Below are positions 42,330 to 56,755 of a DNA stretch of 64,000 nt, one piece after another (position 1 is the stretch's first letter; each line of letters starts with the position of its first letter). The position numbers were made by a program, and so were the translations under genes. The notes under the pieces are model-generated. The model was not told the DNA's origin and made no database searches. It saw only the letters and a list, made by a program, of their open reading frames with translations. The DNA is taken from the NCBI RefSeq assembly GCF_009914755.1, contig NC_060926.1, one strand, 5' to 3'. Origin of the DNA: the human T2T-CHM13v2.0 reference genome, Homo sapiens.

Positions 42330-45300
42330 CTGTAAAAGCAAGTGAATTGATGGTTTTGGTATATGGATAGATTTTAACCAGTGAGTCCGTGGCTTTAATG
42401 TTTATAGTTTTATTTGGTTTATCTGTGTCTTCTGGGGTCAATTTTGGTAATTTGTATTTTTTATAAAATTATTATTTTGAGTTTTTAAAAATTTATTGGA
42501 AGTTATTTTATGATTTAAAAGATCTCCACTTTATATGCATTTATGTTCTCCTTTCTGTTTCTAATATTGTTATGTTTTTCTTTTTTTCACCTTGATCAGG
42601 TATGCAGGAGTTTGTCTATTTGATACTTTATCAAAGAATTAGCTTTTGGTTAGCTTCTAAGTTATCTGCTTCTGCTCTTACATTTATGATTTACTTACTT
42701 CAGCTTTCTTTGGGTTTATTTATTTAATTAATCCTTGAATTAAAAACTTAACCCATTAATTGTTTGGTTTACTTATGTTCTGTTAATATTGTTAATTCCC
42801 GCCTTACAAGAGTAAGAAACACCAATATTTAAAAACATAATTAATATTATTTTCAATAGTTTCTCTGCTGGTATTTTTATGAATCCCTGAGCTCCAAAAT
42901 TGACATGCACTTATGCTAAAGTGACATCAGTCTTATTAAAATGAACAAAATTACTTCAGTAGCTTACTTACTTATTGAAACTCCTAATAAGACAATTCCC
43001 CTTATCAATTTATCCCAAATATGGGTATTTGCTTGTTTTCATTAAATTCAAATCTATGATATACTGTACACTTAAGACTCTGTCACAAACTAAACGTATT
43101 CATAATACTCAAAGTTTATGTAAATTCATCTTTAATACAAATAATAATAACAATAAAGAGAATGGTAAAGACAAAAGATATAAGGAAAATTATGCAAATG
43201 ACATATCAGTTTCTGAATAAATTGCATGATGTCTTTACTGCTGTTAAGTAGGAAACCATGGGTGTTCTGAAAGGATTTCTTAACACAACATACCAATGAT
43301 AAAACTGGAATGATGACTGCTTTTGATGGATCTCATCTCAGGATGCTCAGAGTCCACAAAATCAGTTTGATCTTCATGGAGCCAAAGGAATGCTTCATGA
43401 ACTAAAATAGGATTATTCAATGAAACTCTTCTCAAAGATGAATTCTCATGATCCAAATGGGTAAATTTTGGAAGAACGGCAATATATGTATTTAAGGCTA
43501 GAAATATACCCCTTTTTTCCTACTTTAGTTGTATTGCATAGGTTTGATATGCGGGGTTTCCACTGTCACTCAGCTCTCGGTATTTTTAAACCCCCTTGTG
43601 ATATTTTATTCTGACTCAATAATTAGTTAGAATTTTACTTCTCAGTTAATAAACTTATGGAGATTTGGGGTTTTTGTTGTCATTGTCAGTTTTAGAGATA
43701 GGTTCTCACTATGTTGCCTTGGCCGCTCTCAAACTCCTTAGCTCAAATGATTCTCCCGCCTAAGCCTCCCAAGTAGCTGTAACTATAGGCATGCACCACC
43801 ATGCCCAGTTGTTTTTTATTTTATTGACATTTTAATGCATTTTGGCTAGATAGGTATAATGCTGATTTTTAGTGTTGATTGTGATATCCTTTATGGCTTA
43901 TTTTATGGACATTTTAAAACTATATTTTCCATTTATACTTGAAAAAACAATGTGTATTCTCTATTTATTGTGTACAGGATTTTATATACTTAGATGTATA
44001 CATATGCAGACACATAGAGACTAGGTCAAATTTCTAATTACGGTGTTAAAATCTTCAATAGCATTACCAGTTTTTTGGTTACTTTATCAGTTCCTGGGGT
44101 ACATTAAAATCACTTCTAAAATTGTGATGTCAATTACCATTTGTAATTGTTTCAATTTTTGCTTTGTTTTGATGCTATGTTATTACATACTCATTCAATA
44201 TTGTTACATCTCCAGAGTGAGTTCTTCCTTTAATTATTAAGTTTTTAACTTCCTTATTTCCAGTACTTGTGGCTCAAAGTGTATTTTTTCATATAAAACT
44301 ATTACCATTTAAAAGAAAACTTGATTTTGCGCATGTACTTTTTTTCCATATCTGTTTTCTATATCTACATTTTCCAGATGTATATTTTTATACCTATACT
44401 ATCAAATGAGTTATGTTATTTTCATTTGGCTAGGCCTCATTAAACCACATAGATCTGGATTTTGCATCTTTAATTTCACATTTTAAAACACCGTAGCTTA
44501 AAAAGAGAAATGTAATTACACTTATTGTGTATAATGATATATTTTGACTTATTTTGCTCTCTGTTTACCATGCTTTCACTTGGTATCCTAATCTTTCTTT
44601 CTTGCCATATTTTGGCTTGGTTGATTTCTCTTTCTTATTTGTTTTTCATACATAATTATATATTCTATTGCTATTCTTTTTAAGGATACTATACAGTTTA
44701 ATGTGATTATCTGATTTAACAGGAGTCAACCAGACTACCATGGCTGCTCACATCTCAGATACATTTTCCTACATATTTTGTGGTTGTGTGATTTTGAGTA
44801 TATAACTTAAACTCGCAGGGCTCAGTAGTCCTAGTGGTAAAGTGGGGACAATCAATGTAGCAATGTCATAGGCTGTTGTGTAAAGTAAATTAGCTAATAC
44901 ATGTAAAGTGTTACAATAATTTCATGGAACATAATGGTATCAAATAAATTCCTAGAACATGAAAGTATTTGCTATTTTTATCATCTTCTTCCTAATACTT
45001 GAACTTAAAAAAATTCTAACTGCGTGTTTCAGAATTATAATATTTTGTCATAATTCATATTTGGACTGTATTTAACTTCCTCCAAATTAGTTTTTACTTT
45101 GTATAAGAAGTAGTTACATAGATCTGTAAACATATTTTCCAGTTTTTCTTCATTGTTACTTTTTATCTCTTTCTGCCTTCCGGATTCTTTTTTGTTTGTT
45201 TTTGTTTTTACTGATGTATATTCTTCAGTGGATACTTCAGGGAAGGCTTTAGTCTTGTATGGAAACATCTTTATTTTTATTATACTATTAAATGATAATG

Positions 45301-46400
45301 TAACTGAGTGTAGGGTTTGGTGTTGTTCATCACTCAGAATATATTACTTCAATACTTTTTGTCCTCTTTTGTTGGTAAGTGGAATTATGTTGTTACACTG
45401 ACTTTTGATATTAATTTGACTTATGTCTCTGGTTTTATTTAAGTTTTTTAAATTGTTTTTGATATTCTGCTATTTTTTAACGTGTCTAAGTATAGATTTA
45501 CTTTATTTTTCTTGCTCAGAACTTGTTATACTTCCATGCTTCTTAACAGCTCTTTCACGTTTTTCGTCTCTTCATTGCTGTGGTATTTCTTGGTGATTTT
45601 ATCTTATCTTTTTTCCAGCTTACCATATTTTACTCTCAGTGCATTTCTAATCTGTGCTTAACCTACTCATTGGATTTTTAGTTTTAATTATATTTTCATT
45701 TAAGCTGTTTGGGCCCTTTTTCAAGTCTATTTGTGTTTTGTTCATGCTGTTGCATTACGTAATTATAGTAATTATTGGTTTTATTATTCTTTTATTCCTT
45801 TATTCCTTTAAACTATATTCATTTTATAGTCTCTTTTGGATTGTTCTGTTATTTGTAATACTTGGGGTGCTAATTCTTATATTTATCCATTTACTGACTT
45901 TCTCTTTTCAATATTTATTTCCTTATGTAGATTGTAGTTTTAATTATGAGCTTAACTTCAGCAGGTGATGTTTATTTGGTAAACGTCTGTTTTCTTTAAG
46001 TTGTAAAATGTTCTTACAAAATGGTTTGGAGTGTGCTTCTTGCTGGGACCTAGGGTTTTAATGATATGTTTTTACTATTCATTTCTTAGCTTGGCTTTAC
46101 TATGTGATTCAAGTACTATAGATATAGACTTAATACCTGTATGTGGTATAGACCTGGAATTTTATACTTCATGGGCGAATTTCCCCTGGCTCAAAGCCAT
46201 AAGGAGTTGACATATTTCTTTTCCTTCCTTTTTTTCTTGGCTAAAAGCATCTTTTCTTTTTTTTTTGTGCTAGTATTTATTTATTTAGGACAATGTAGCT
46301 GTTGGAAATTCAGGAATTTCTTCAGGAGCCCTTTCTTTAGTGGTCTGAAGTCAAATGTCTCATCCTCATGTAGGTGTTAAAATGCCAGATCCTAGCACAT
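42330..46400 (-). mobile_element. Highly diverged old L1M region (T-rich), with younger inserts
   Basis: Motifs such as tttatcaaagaattagcttttggtt, gtatttaaggcta, cttgaaaaaacaatgtgtattct; boundaries uncertain. Confidence 0.5.
43690..43808 (-). mobile_element. Alu monomer (FLAM-like)
   Basis: ttttagagatagg.tctcactatgttgcc...gcctcccaagtagctg...caccaccatgcccag. Confidence 0.85.
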
Positions 46401-46958
46401 AGGTCACGCATCTATGTCAGGAGTTCCCCTGGTTCACTGTGACTTCAAATCCTACTGACATATCTCATTTTGATTTCCTTATTTTTTGCCTCCTAGACCT
46501 TTTCCTTAATTTTGAACTCAGCTAGATATTAATATCTTATGTAGTAGTATGAGGAGACACCATTTGTGTCCATATTGTTGGATATCTCTGTGACATTTTA
46601 CACAGCATGTTTTAAGGACATACTTTCTATAGAAGGCCTAATTCTCATGGTTATGTTATCATAATGGCTTCTCTTTAATGTAAGGTAAAAATAATGTATA
46701 CTTTCCTAGTTTTCAATCTGAAGGATGTGGGGGTGTGACTGTACTGCTTCTGTTTTATTTTGCGTATTTTCATGCTTGTGTAGAAGAATAATAGCTTAGC
46801 AGTTGACAGAAGTGTTTGACCTAAGTTTTGGGAAAGATAGCCCTGGATTAGAAGCAGGAAGACCCTGTTGTAATTCCACATCTGCCATTAACTTGGTCTT
46901 ATGACCATAACAAGTATTCATCTACTTGGTTCTTCCATTTAATTAATGAAAGTGGGGA

Positions 46959-47215
46959 GATATATATATATATATATATATACACATACACACACACATA
47001 TATATATACACACATATATATACACACATATATATACACATATATATACATATATATGTATATATACATATACACACATATATATACACATATATATACA
47101 TATATATGTATATATACATATATACACATATATATACATACATATATATATAAATGAAAGTGGGGATATAAATATATATATTTATTATATATATAATACA
47201 TATATATATATATAT
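46959..47215. repeat. Compound (TA)n/(CA)n/(TACA)n microsatellite inside a MIR-like element
   Basis: Direct reading; gives the Y/I/H-rich spurious ORFs. Confidence 0.95.
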
Positions 47216-48049
47216 TTGCCCTATCTGTTTAATATTTCCATAAGGATAATATAAGATTGCCTGCAGGGGAGTACATCATTTATAACAAAGCTGTTACTTT
47301 TACAGCAAAAGAGACTTAAGCCAAGAGAAGCATGTGTTTATTATATTAATATTATATTAAAGTGATGTGTAGACATGGGCGTATTGTCATTTTAATGATA
47401 CATGCACAATTATAGGTTATTCTCTCACAATTACATCTTTTAAATGTATGAGTCATAATTGATGCGCTTCCTGCAACAGTCCTGTGCATTGTTTATCACT
47501 GCACATGGGCTTTCTCATCTTGATTTGTCAAATTCATCCCTTGTTTGAAGACGCCTTGTATTCCTCTTCCTCTCTAATAATTCTGGTGGGTAGGGCAGGG
47601 GAATTCCACCAAAAGATCTCTGTTATGACTGTGACACACATACTTTCCAGGTGAGTTTCATGTTATGGTTTGTGTTGGCATACAAAGGCTTACATGGGAA
47701 AGACAGAAAAGAAAAATCAAACTCACAATACATTTAGAAATTTCACCTAAAAATGAATCAGATTACACCTATCTGCTCTGTCTGGGAAACACTCTAAAGA
47801 AGGATAAAGGTTTTGCTATCCATGGAAAGTTGTTTAGAAAATCACAGGGCAGTGAAACAACTCCATAGCCATATTTCTGTGACTCTGCCTCTGGCTGCTT
47901 TTCCCAATTCCTGGGCCTGTTTCCTGGAGACCCACTGGCCAGGAAACCTGAGCAGGGTAATGCAACCAGTGGTGCATTTTCTTGTAGCACAGAAAGGTGG
48001 AGATGAGTGAGACTTGGTAATTCCTCTATCACAGTTTCTTTAATAAAAT

Positions 48050-48520
48050 AATAATAGCTAACAAGGACAGAACATTATTCTCTGTCAGGTATTTGAGCCA
48101 AGCGCTTTACATTCATTGTCTTATTTAATTCTCATGGTAATTCTGGAAGGTAGGCACCATTATTATTCCTAGTTTTAAAAAATAGATGAGGATAAGAGTT
48201 TAGGGAGCTTAGGTAACTTGTCCAAGGTGTCAGCTATCAAGTGGCAGAGGTGGGGCCACAGCTAGTTCTTCATCACTTGGATGTGTCTCACCGGGCCCCC
48301 TGTTTCTCACGGGAAAGGATATTAAAATATCACACTTCCGGTGTGGTCTCCAGCACACTTTACCCACTCTTAACCTGGAGCCAGAGGCCTGCATTTGAGG
48401 CTCATGCTTGACCCGTAGGCCTCATTATGACAGTCTCAGATTGCCATTGTAAAATCACGCAATAATAATAGCACCCGGCTTCCTTCGTGTGATTCTGTGA
48501 GGACGAATCAAAGTAAACAT
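48050..48520. mobile_element. MIR fragments
   Basis: aataataatagctaac...gaaggtagg..attattcc...aggtaacttgtccaagg (minus) and gtctcagattgccattgtaaaat..ataataatagcacc (plus). Confidence 0.65.
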
Positions 48521-49269
48521 GAAGAAAGTACACTGCAACCCAAAAGTTAGGATTAGTATGACCTCACAACAACTTCAAACTGGGTAGGACACAAAGAGCT
48601 AAGGAAAAGGTAAGGTAGCGGAACTCAGTAGTACCAGAGCCAGACCATGAGTCTAGAACTTCAGAATCTTGGCCTGGTCTTGTCCATCATCCATGATGCA
48701 CAGAATACAGAATTGTAATGCTTCTGAGATATATATTTAACACGTTAAGTATTCATAGGTTAAGAGAAGGTTCAACCCATATAACTTAAGCTGTCATGTA
48801 GATTTTAATAAGTTCAACTACAACAGATTTACAGGAGAAAAGATGTTAAATATGTTTCATTGCACACACATACACACGTATTACACATGCAAACAGGCAC
48901 ATATAGAAACACATGTACATATAAATGACATTCATTAGAATGTGTGCTCAATGAGGGAAAGGATTTTGTGTTTGACTCATTGTCTGGAACAAGGCCTGGT
49001 ACATAGTACAGACTCAATAAGTAATTACTGAGTAAATGAGTAACTCAATAAAATTTGGAGAAACTCTTTTTTTTCACCACACTTTAATGATGTAATTAAA
49101 GTTACCACACTCCTTGGTTGTCCATGATATTTCTGGTTTACATTTGTTACTAATGACCTGTCACATATATTATTATTGTGTCATTTCACTCTCAAATATC
49201 CTCATTTGGATGGTAATTGATTTGATCACTGTACTATAGTGTATATACTATTATTGGATATACTTTTAG

Positions 49270-49440
49270 TGGTAACTTAAGGTCTGTGTCCAAAATCCCA
49301 GCCCTGCTGCTTACTAGCTATGGATTTGGGTGAGTCAATTAACTTCTCTGACCTCTGTTATTTCATCAGTAAAATGAGCTCATAGTAGCAGCTTCTTCGT
49401 TAGGTTGTTGTGAGGATAGAGTTAACACATTTACAACAGT
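49270..49440 (+). mobile_element. MIR
   Basis: aatccccagccctgctgcttactagct...aacttctctgacctctg.tttcatcagtaaaatg...taggttgttgtgagga. Confidence 0.7.
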
Positions 49441-52400
49441 TGCTACTTTATAGACCTTGGAAATGTGGATAGCCTTGAAGGAGAACAGATTTCTTTCTTT
49501 CTTCTCCAATGTATAATAGTATCATACCATGAAAATCTGTTTTGTCCATTTGCTCCATAGCAAGTTGTTAGACGTCCTGATCTTCTGCCATTGCTGTTAT
49601 GAATAAATAGGTTTCTTTCTAAATTATACATGTCAGCCTCTGAAATATGTTACGTAAGCTTAAAAAAATCATTTTTTTTCTGCTTTTGCTAAGTTGTTTG
49701 CAATGAAAAAGAAAGGCAATGCACATCTTTTTTTTTATTCCAGGTTCTTCTCTTGGAAAATGAAAGATGAGCAGCCAGGCATAATTGGTGGAGGGCTAGG
49801 TGAAAGACTAGGCCTGCAGGGTTCACAGTCAGCTGAGACTCCCTATAAGAGTAGGCTCTCTCATTGACCCTCCTCCGGACACTTCCTGGAAAGCCCAGAG
49901 CTTCTGGGTCTCCTCTGTGTTATCAGGGTCCACAGATGCATCAGCTCACACACTTGTGGTAAGCACGTTGTTCAGCAGTTGCTTTCCTAGGCCTTTTGTG
50001 CTTTTTGTACAAATAGTGTTTCTTTCAGAATCTAGATTGGAAAGAATCTTAAAGCAAAGTGCTGCCTAAAGTAATTATTGCTATTTTAGAAATGTCAACC
50101 CACGCTTTTCATCACCAGTATTCTAAGGCAGAAGCGTGCATCGGCTGACTGTACATTTTCTCTTACGGAACACTGGAATGGTGAGGAGAAACGATACTGA
50201 AAAATTGCGGCTTCTTCTTTTCTATCTGATTGAAAGTCTTGGTGTTCAGGGTTGGGAAGGATACATTGTTCGTGTTAACACGCCTGGTCTGCTTACTTAG
50301 GAAAATGGCAGCATTCTTTGTGTGTTCGCTCGTGAAGTTTCTGGATGAGTATGGAAGATGCTGACTCTGGCTCGAGGAGCTTTAAAGGGAAATAAGAATA
50401 CATGCACGCCTGTGTGCAACAGCCCTGGCCCTAGTTTCTCTGTATCCTGTTGCCCAGGTTTGCTTTCTTCTGAGCTGTCTATCACTCTCTGACATCTGAT
50501 TATTTATGTGTGAGTTGGCTGTTCACTCGCTGTCCATCCCTCCTCAAGAGAGGTTCCAAGGACATGGGTGTCTTTTTACAAATGTCACTTACAACGTATA
50601 TAGTTAAAACCAAGTAACACTGTTTTATATTTTCAATCATTTCACAATGTAATTTGTAATCTGCTTTGAACCTCAGAAGAGTCTGTATCTTATTTTGTTT
50701 TGTTTTGTGTTACAACTGACATTCATTCATTCATGTGCTCACATTCTAAGCACCACACATGAGAGGTGATGGTTTTGCTAAAGGGATTTGGTTGATAAGA
50801 TAGCTAATCTGTTTACTTAATGATTGGCTCCATCTGCATAATTTTTTCTTTTTTTTTTTTGATCTTTTTCTTTTTATTTGGTCTTGTTTCAATTTTCTGT
50901 TTTGAAGCCACTAAAACCAGGGAGCTGTTACTGTTCCTAAATCTTGGAACAAATGAGTATAATTGGTAAGACTCTAGTCCTCTGTTTTCCCACTGAATGT
51001 GTTAGTAGGTTTGACCATTATTTTAATGGAACGTAATAATTATGATGACTGTAGAACTATATGGAACTGTAAGAATCTCCATGAATCTTTAAAATACACA
51101 TACCAATACATACTCATTGAAACCCCTTTGATTTTTGCAACCATAAGCAAATGGGAAGACAAAGACCACCAACTTGGTAACAGAAGTCAGGGAGGAGGGA
51201 AAGGGAATGAAAGGGATAGTATTCTAGCAAGCTTGGAAAATACAGTCTTTTACCAAATGGGATAGTTTCTTAGTTTAGCCTGAGCCAACAGTGTGCAAAT
51301 ATTTCCCTGCCATGTAAATAACTGGTGAATGCAGTTAAGTGTTAGCAACCACTTAATTGAAAAATGAAATCAGGTAGCAATTACTGGCAATTGTGGGTTC
51401 CTTCACTATACTTTGATCTACGTATTTTGAGCAAGTGGTAAATTTGCTTAGAAGGCAAGCTCTTGAAGGAAAAGAAACCAGAAAACAGAAAATATGGTTC
51501 CCACACAAGGCGGTTAGGTGGGTGGGGTAGAGTCCCTGGAAAGCTTTATATGGCTTAATGATAGCAGTGTGCAAACAGCAAAGCCAAAATTGGCATAAAT
51601 CGTTTACTAACACATGAGTTGAGAGAACGATAAATCCTAAGATTTAACATCTAGCCTGGGGCAGTAGAATAAAAATTGCTTTCAACTGCTGGCTGGCATG
51701 GGAAGTTCTGACTCTAGGTTATAGTGTACCAGAGTCTTTATCAGCACTGGCACGCCCTAGTGGCCCTTCCCCCAGCTTAACTAAGCTGTGCAAAGGATCT
51801 GTTCAGAAATAGTCACTAGAACTTGTCAACCCCTTGGACTCTGTAACTCCTCCTAAACACTGTCTAGGCACTGGCAAGTTTTACCTTCAGAATGATCTCT
51901 TCAAATTGAGTCCTTCCTTGGTCAAACCCCTTCATCAGATTGTGTTTCTAAAATGGGAGGGTTGGAAGAAAGGAAGAAAAGAAAAAGAAAAAGTGGAGGG
52001 CTTAGAGCCTTGAGGAGATGAAAAAGTTAAAGATGGGTGGAATCACCGAAGATCCGTTGAATCTGTTTCATAGCTGTGAGACCTATACCTGCAGTCCTAA
52101 CAGACTGAGAGCAAGCTCTGTGACTGCTTCACCTGCCGTTCCTCACAGGAAACTGGAGTCCCAGAGTTTTCTAAATAAGAATACTCCGCATGTCCAAGGG
52201 CAGCTCTCAGTATTTAATAGCGAGGATCCTGTTTCCCACCTGGCTGTATGAGAAATTCCCTTGCCATCTGTAGAGTCCTTTTCTCAGCTTGGGAGACACA
52301 AGTTTCACACCCAGATAGAATACATGCTGAAATACTTTGAAAACTGGCCAGTGCCATCGTTATTATTTCCTGGGGCACAGTTGCAGTGCCAGCACAACTA

Positions 52401-53673
52401 AGCCAGTGATCATTTCCGAGCTGTCCAGTGGGTGTGGTGTGGGTTACAGAAAGAATATAATGCAGGCAGTGAGGTGACCAGGGCATGAGTCAAATCCTGC
52501 GCCCAACCCTGGCTTGGGTATCAGAGTAGGATTCAGCTGCCTCCAGTGAAAAAGAGACTCCCAGGGCAGCAGAGCCACCTACCTGCAGAAGTGAACTTCA
52601 CCAGCTCTGTGTGCTGTACTGGACCTGCCAGAGATCTCACCCCATTGATAAAAACCAACTGCAGTGCCCCAGCTGGGACAGGGAGGCACCCCTGGCCCGT
52701 GAGGAGATGGTCCCTCACTCATCTGCTTAAAGGATGGGAAATCTGTTACCTAATTCATGGAATCTCTGCCTAAGTTGTGTTCTCATTGCTGTGGTTGAGA
52801 CTAGAAGGAAGGAGTCTAAAAAGATAGACATGTAGCTGTCAGTGTGGGCCCTGTTGGTGCCTCTTCATGCCCTGAGAGATGGGAGGGGTTACGGGGAGCA
52901 AGCTGGACAGCCAGCTCTTGCCCTGCCCAAGCTCCAGCTGATGGCCACTTTGCAGAAATTGGCATAAGATGGGTGACAAAAGCCCAGTTTTGCTGATTTT
53001 CCAAGATAACTTGGACAGAAGAATTTACATGTGGATCCTCTCAGTTTCTCAATATGAGCTCAATCTTTGAACCCACTAGATAGGCCCAACAAAATAGGCG
53101 TGAAGGCCATGGTGGCTCGTGGCCTGCAAGCTTGCAAACTCTGCTTCAGACTTTTTCATGTTACATGAAATTTTGCTTCTTGCCTTTATACCTGGGTATA
53201 TTTAAAAGGGCTGAGCTGATTATGTGGGACACTTAGGGACTCAGGATCAGTTGGAATATGTTTTATAGTCAAGTTAACACTGATCAAAATGAGTATTATT
53301 CTCAGAAAGTGATCATGTTACAAAAAGACAAATAAATAGAAATGGTTGACATACTCTGACCATTGACAAATGTGGGAAGGACACTATGGAATATCTAAGG
53401 GAAAGGGGTTTATGCTTCCCACCTTGAATAAGAAGCACAAGCCAAAGGGAAGCTGAGCTGGGATTGCACTCAGGAGGCACTGTGTTAAGTCACACAATGA
53501 GTTCATCGTCTGTGAAAGGTAAACTCTGTGGGTACATCAGTTATGGTCCTGGCAATTATTGATGTCTTGAATGAAAGTGTTCCTTATGCTCACTAAAGAG
53601 AGGCACTTTCCACTGCTTCTCAGCCTTTTGATCAAGTGTGGAGATGCACTTTCTTTAAAAATGTGTCTGTGAG

Positions 53674-53752
53674 TCTGGGCGCAGTGGCTTATGCCTGTAA
53701 TCCCAACATTTTGGGAGGCCAAGGCAGGAGAATTGCTTGAGGCCAGGAGTTT
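53674..53752 (+). mobile_element. Alu 5' fragment (no tail)
   Basis: ctgggcgcagtggcttatgcctgtaatccc...gaggccaggagttt. Confidence 0.85.
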
Positions 53753-53851
53753 CAGAAAACATATCTGTGAGTAAAATCAAAGAATTTAACAGTCTTAAAA
53801 CAAAATAAAAACTTTTAAAACCATTCTGTGCTCTTTTTTCACTGAACATTA

Positions 53852-54150
<299 letters not shown>

Positions 54151-54539
54151 AGAAACCTGCAGAAAAACTGACATAATAAACATGCATGCTGTGGTAGATT
54201 ATTATATCATGTTAATAGGCTATCATTCACTCAACCATTTTCCTATTCTTTGACATTTTGCTATGAGTGTTTTTGTGAAAAATTACTTGTTTTACCTTTT
54301 GAGCTGCCAAAAACTTCTGTTGTTTTGCTTCTTATTTTTGAACAGCCCAGGCTTTGCACGTTTTATATCAACATTTGTCGAGTTGCCTTTTGAAGGACTA
54401 GTTCAGACTCTGTATCAGGGGATCAATCAGAATTTCAGAACACTGCATGGTGACCATGCCTACCAGCAGAGATCCATTTAGCAGCATTATCCTTTCTCCG
54501 AGTTGGTTTAGCAGTGCTTATGCAGTCACAGCAATATTT

Positions 54540-54785
54540 GTAAGTGAACAATTCAGTGGCATTGAGTACATTATCAGTGTTTTGCAACTACTACCTCCAT
54601 CAATCTTCACGACATTTTCATCTTCACAAACTGAAAATTTGTGTCCATTAAACACTTACTCCCTGTCACCTCCTCCCTTGAGCCCCTGGTAAACTCTATT
54701 CTGCTTTCTGTCTCTATGAATTTGTCCATTCTAGGTACCTTATGTAAGCAGAATCATACAGTATTTGTTCTTCTATGTCTGGCAA
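54540..54785 (-). mobile_element. L1MB-like 3' fragment
   Basis: aagtgaacaattcagtggcattgagtaca...ctgctttctgtctctatgaattt...gaatcatacagtatttg. Confidence 0.7.
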
Positions 54786-55149
54786 AAGTGAACATTTTAA
54801 GGAGGAACAATATAGCTCTTACAACTTTAATGAAATTGAGACAAACATAGAAATGACCGGTAGTAATAAAAGCATAAACCTCCAGTGCAATCAAATATAG
54901 ACCAGTGGCTGTTCATTTTCTTGGGAAATAAAATAATTAAAGATCAGAGAAAACAGAAAGGTTGGTACTAGGATTGCGAGGCGTGTGAGACAAAAAGTGA
55001 GATACAAACTCTGTAACTTTCTGGCATTGGAGTCTCCAGTTAAAACACGCACATCTGCTGCATTTTCACTGCATCTGTCTCCTGAGGCTTGGTGTACAAT
55101 ACCTAAGGAAACGAGCCAGCTCAGAGGGCAGGTTAAGAGCCTTTTTCTT

Positions 55150-56030
55150 TGTTACCATACTAGGAAGAAACTTGTGTTTCTCTGCTGTCTCTCAGCACTT
55201 CTCACACAAAATGTGTTGGTTTTTCCCTGACACCAACAACCAATTCTCCAACTCTCCAGACAGCAGCCTGGTATCCTAAAATTCAATTCTATTCTCACCC
55301 TAACCACCTGGAGTCGGGAGAGAATCCACAGTTAAGGGCTCGGTCCCACAAAACTGCCCATGATTCAGATGACCATCAAAAGTCCTGGGCCTTCCCATAC
55401 TTTTGACCAGCTGGCTACAAACTGGGAGTCCCCTGACCTGCTCAGGTTCGATCATTTGCTATAATAGCTCACAGAACTGAGGGCAACACTAGTTTACTGG
55501 TTGTTATAAAGGGATACAGATGAGCATCCAGGTGAAGAGGTGCACAGGGCAGGCATAGGGAGGGTGCCAAGCTTCTATTTCCTCTCAGCATGCAGCACCC
55601 TCCCAGCTCCACCACGTACCCACCAACAAAGAAGCTCCCAACCTCATCACTTAGGGTCTTCATGGAGGGCCCATTAGATAGGTGATGGAACTCAACCTCC
55701 TGCCCTTCTCCACTCCCCAGAATTTGGGTGATGGAGTTGGAAGTCCCAAGCCTCTAATCCTGCCTTGGTCTTTCTGGCAACCAGCACCCATCTTGAAGCT
55801 ATCTAGGGACTCCCAGCCACCAGTCATCTCATTAGCATACAAAAGACACTTATCACTCCAGGGATTCTGAAAGTCTTGTAAGCTCTTATGTCTCTAGAAC
55901 CAGACACGAAGACTGAATATTATAACAGATGCTCCTATTGCCCTTATTGCTCAGGACATTACAAGGGTTTTAGGGGCTCTGTGCCAGGAACTAGGAGCAG
56001 AGACCAAATATATACTTCTTGCTGACACAA
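55150..56030. mobile_element. MER21-type LTR
   Basis: caattctccaactctccagacag...aattcaattct...taaccacctggagt...ggctcggtcccaca...ctcacagaact.agg...acaagggttttaggggctctgtgccaggaac. Confidence 0.7.
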
Positions 56031-56409
56031 CTTACTACATACTGTATGAGGTAATAGGAGTGTCACAGTGAATAAAACTTGCGCCAGCCCTGTGACCCTG
56101 TGCTCTAGTGGGTGCGACAGACTCTCAAATGGATTTGTGAACTCAGGATGGTGGGCAGTTTGTCAGGGGCCTCAGCAGGGTCATGAAGGAGAGAGAGCCA
56201 CACAGAGCTCAGGCACAGTCCTGCCCAAACGCTCTGTAAACGTCTCAAATGAAAAGCATAGCTCTTTCCTCACCTCCTTTCCATATTGGGTGTTACTTCC
56301 CATGGCCTTATGGTAAATCCAAATTGTGGATGACAGGTCCCAGAACACATCACCCTTTCCCTCTTTTTGGATTTCATGCAGTGTCTCTTGTGGGCCACCT
56401 TTGTCCCCA

Positions 56410-56755
56410 CTCTAGTGAGTTTTGCACGTGCCGTTCTGCTTGAGAAGACCCTCAGACCCTTCTTGGTTTTCAGAATTCCAACTCCTGTTCACTTCTCAGG
56501 TGAAAAATGATTTCCTTAAAAAGCCCCTCCCCCACAGGGAAGACAAGATCAGAGACCCTGCCATGTAATTGTGTTGAAACTTACACTTCCTGCTCCGTAA
56601 CAAGCATGCTGTGTGTAATCACCTGCTCGACATCCTTCTTCCCTGTAAACTGTAAACTCCATGAGGACAGAAGTCATGTCTGTCTGGGATATTGCTGTGT
56701 CCTTAGTGCCTGACACATTTCATGATGGTGAGTGCTTAGAAATACCTGTAAGTTA
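56410..56755 (+). mobile_element. L2 3' region (terminal aatgaatgaa displaced to ~57041 by an L1 insertion)
   Basis: actgtaaactccatgaggacaga...gctgtgtccttagtgcctgacaca. Confidence 0.7.

Noticed and set aside
46899-47254. Y/I/C/V/H-rich ORFs
   Set aside because: Translations of the TA/CA microsatellite.
51745-51766. CTCF-like sequence (reverse complement GGCCACTAGGGCGTG)
   Set aside because: Two mismatches in the core; not supportable without ChIP data.
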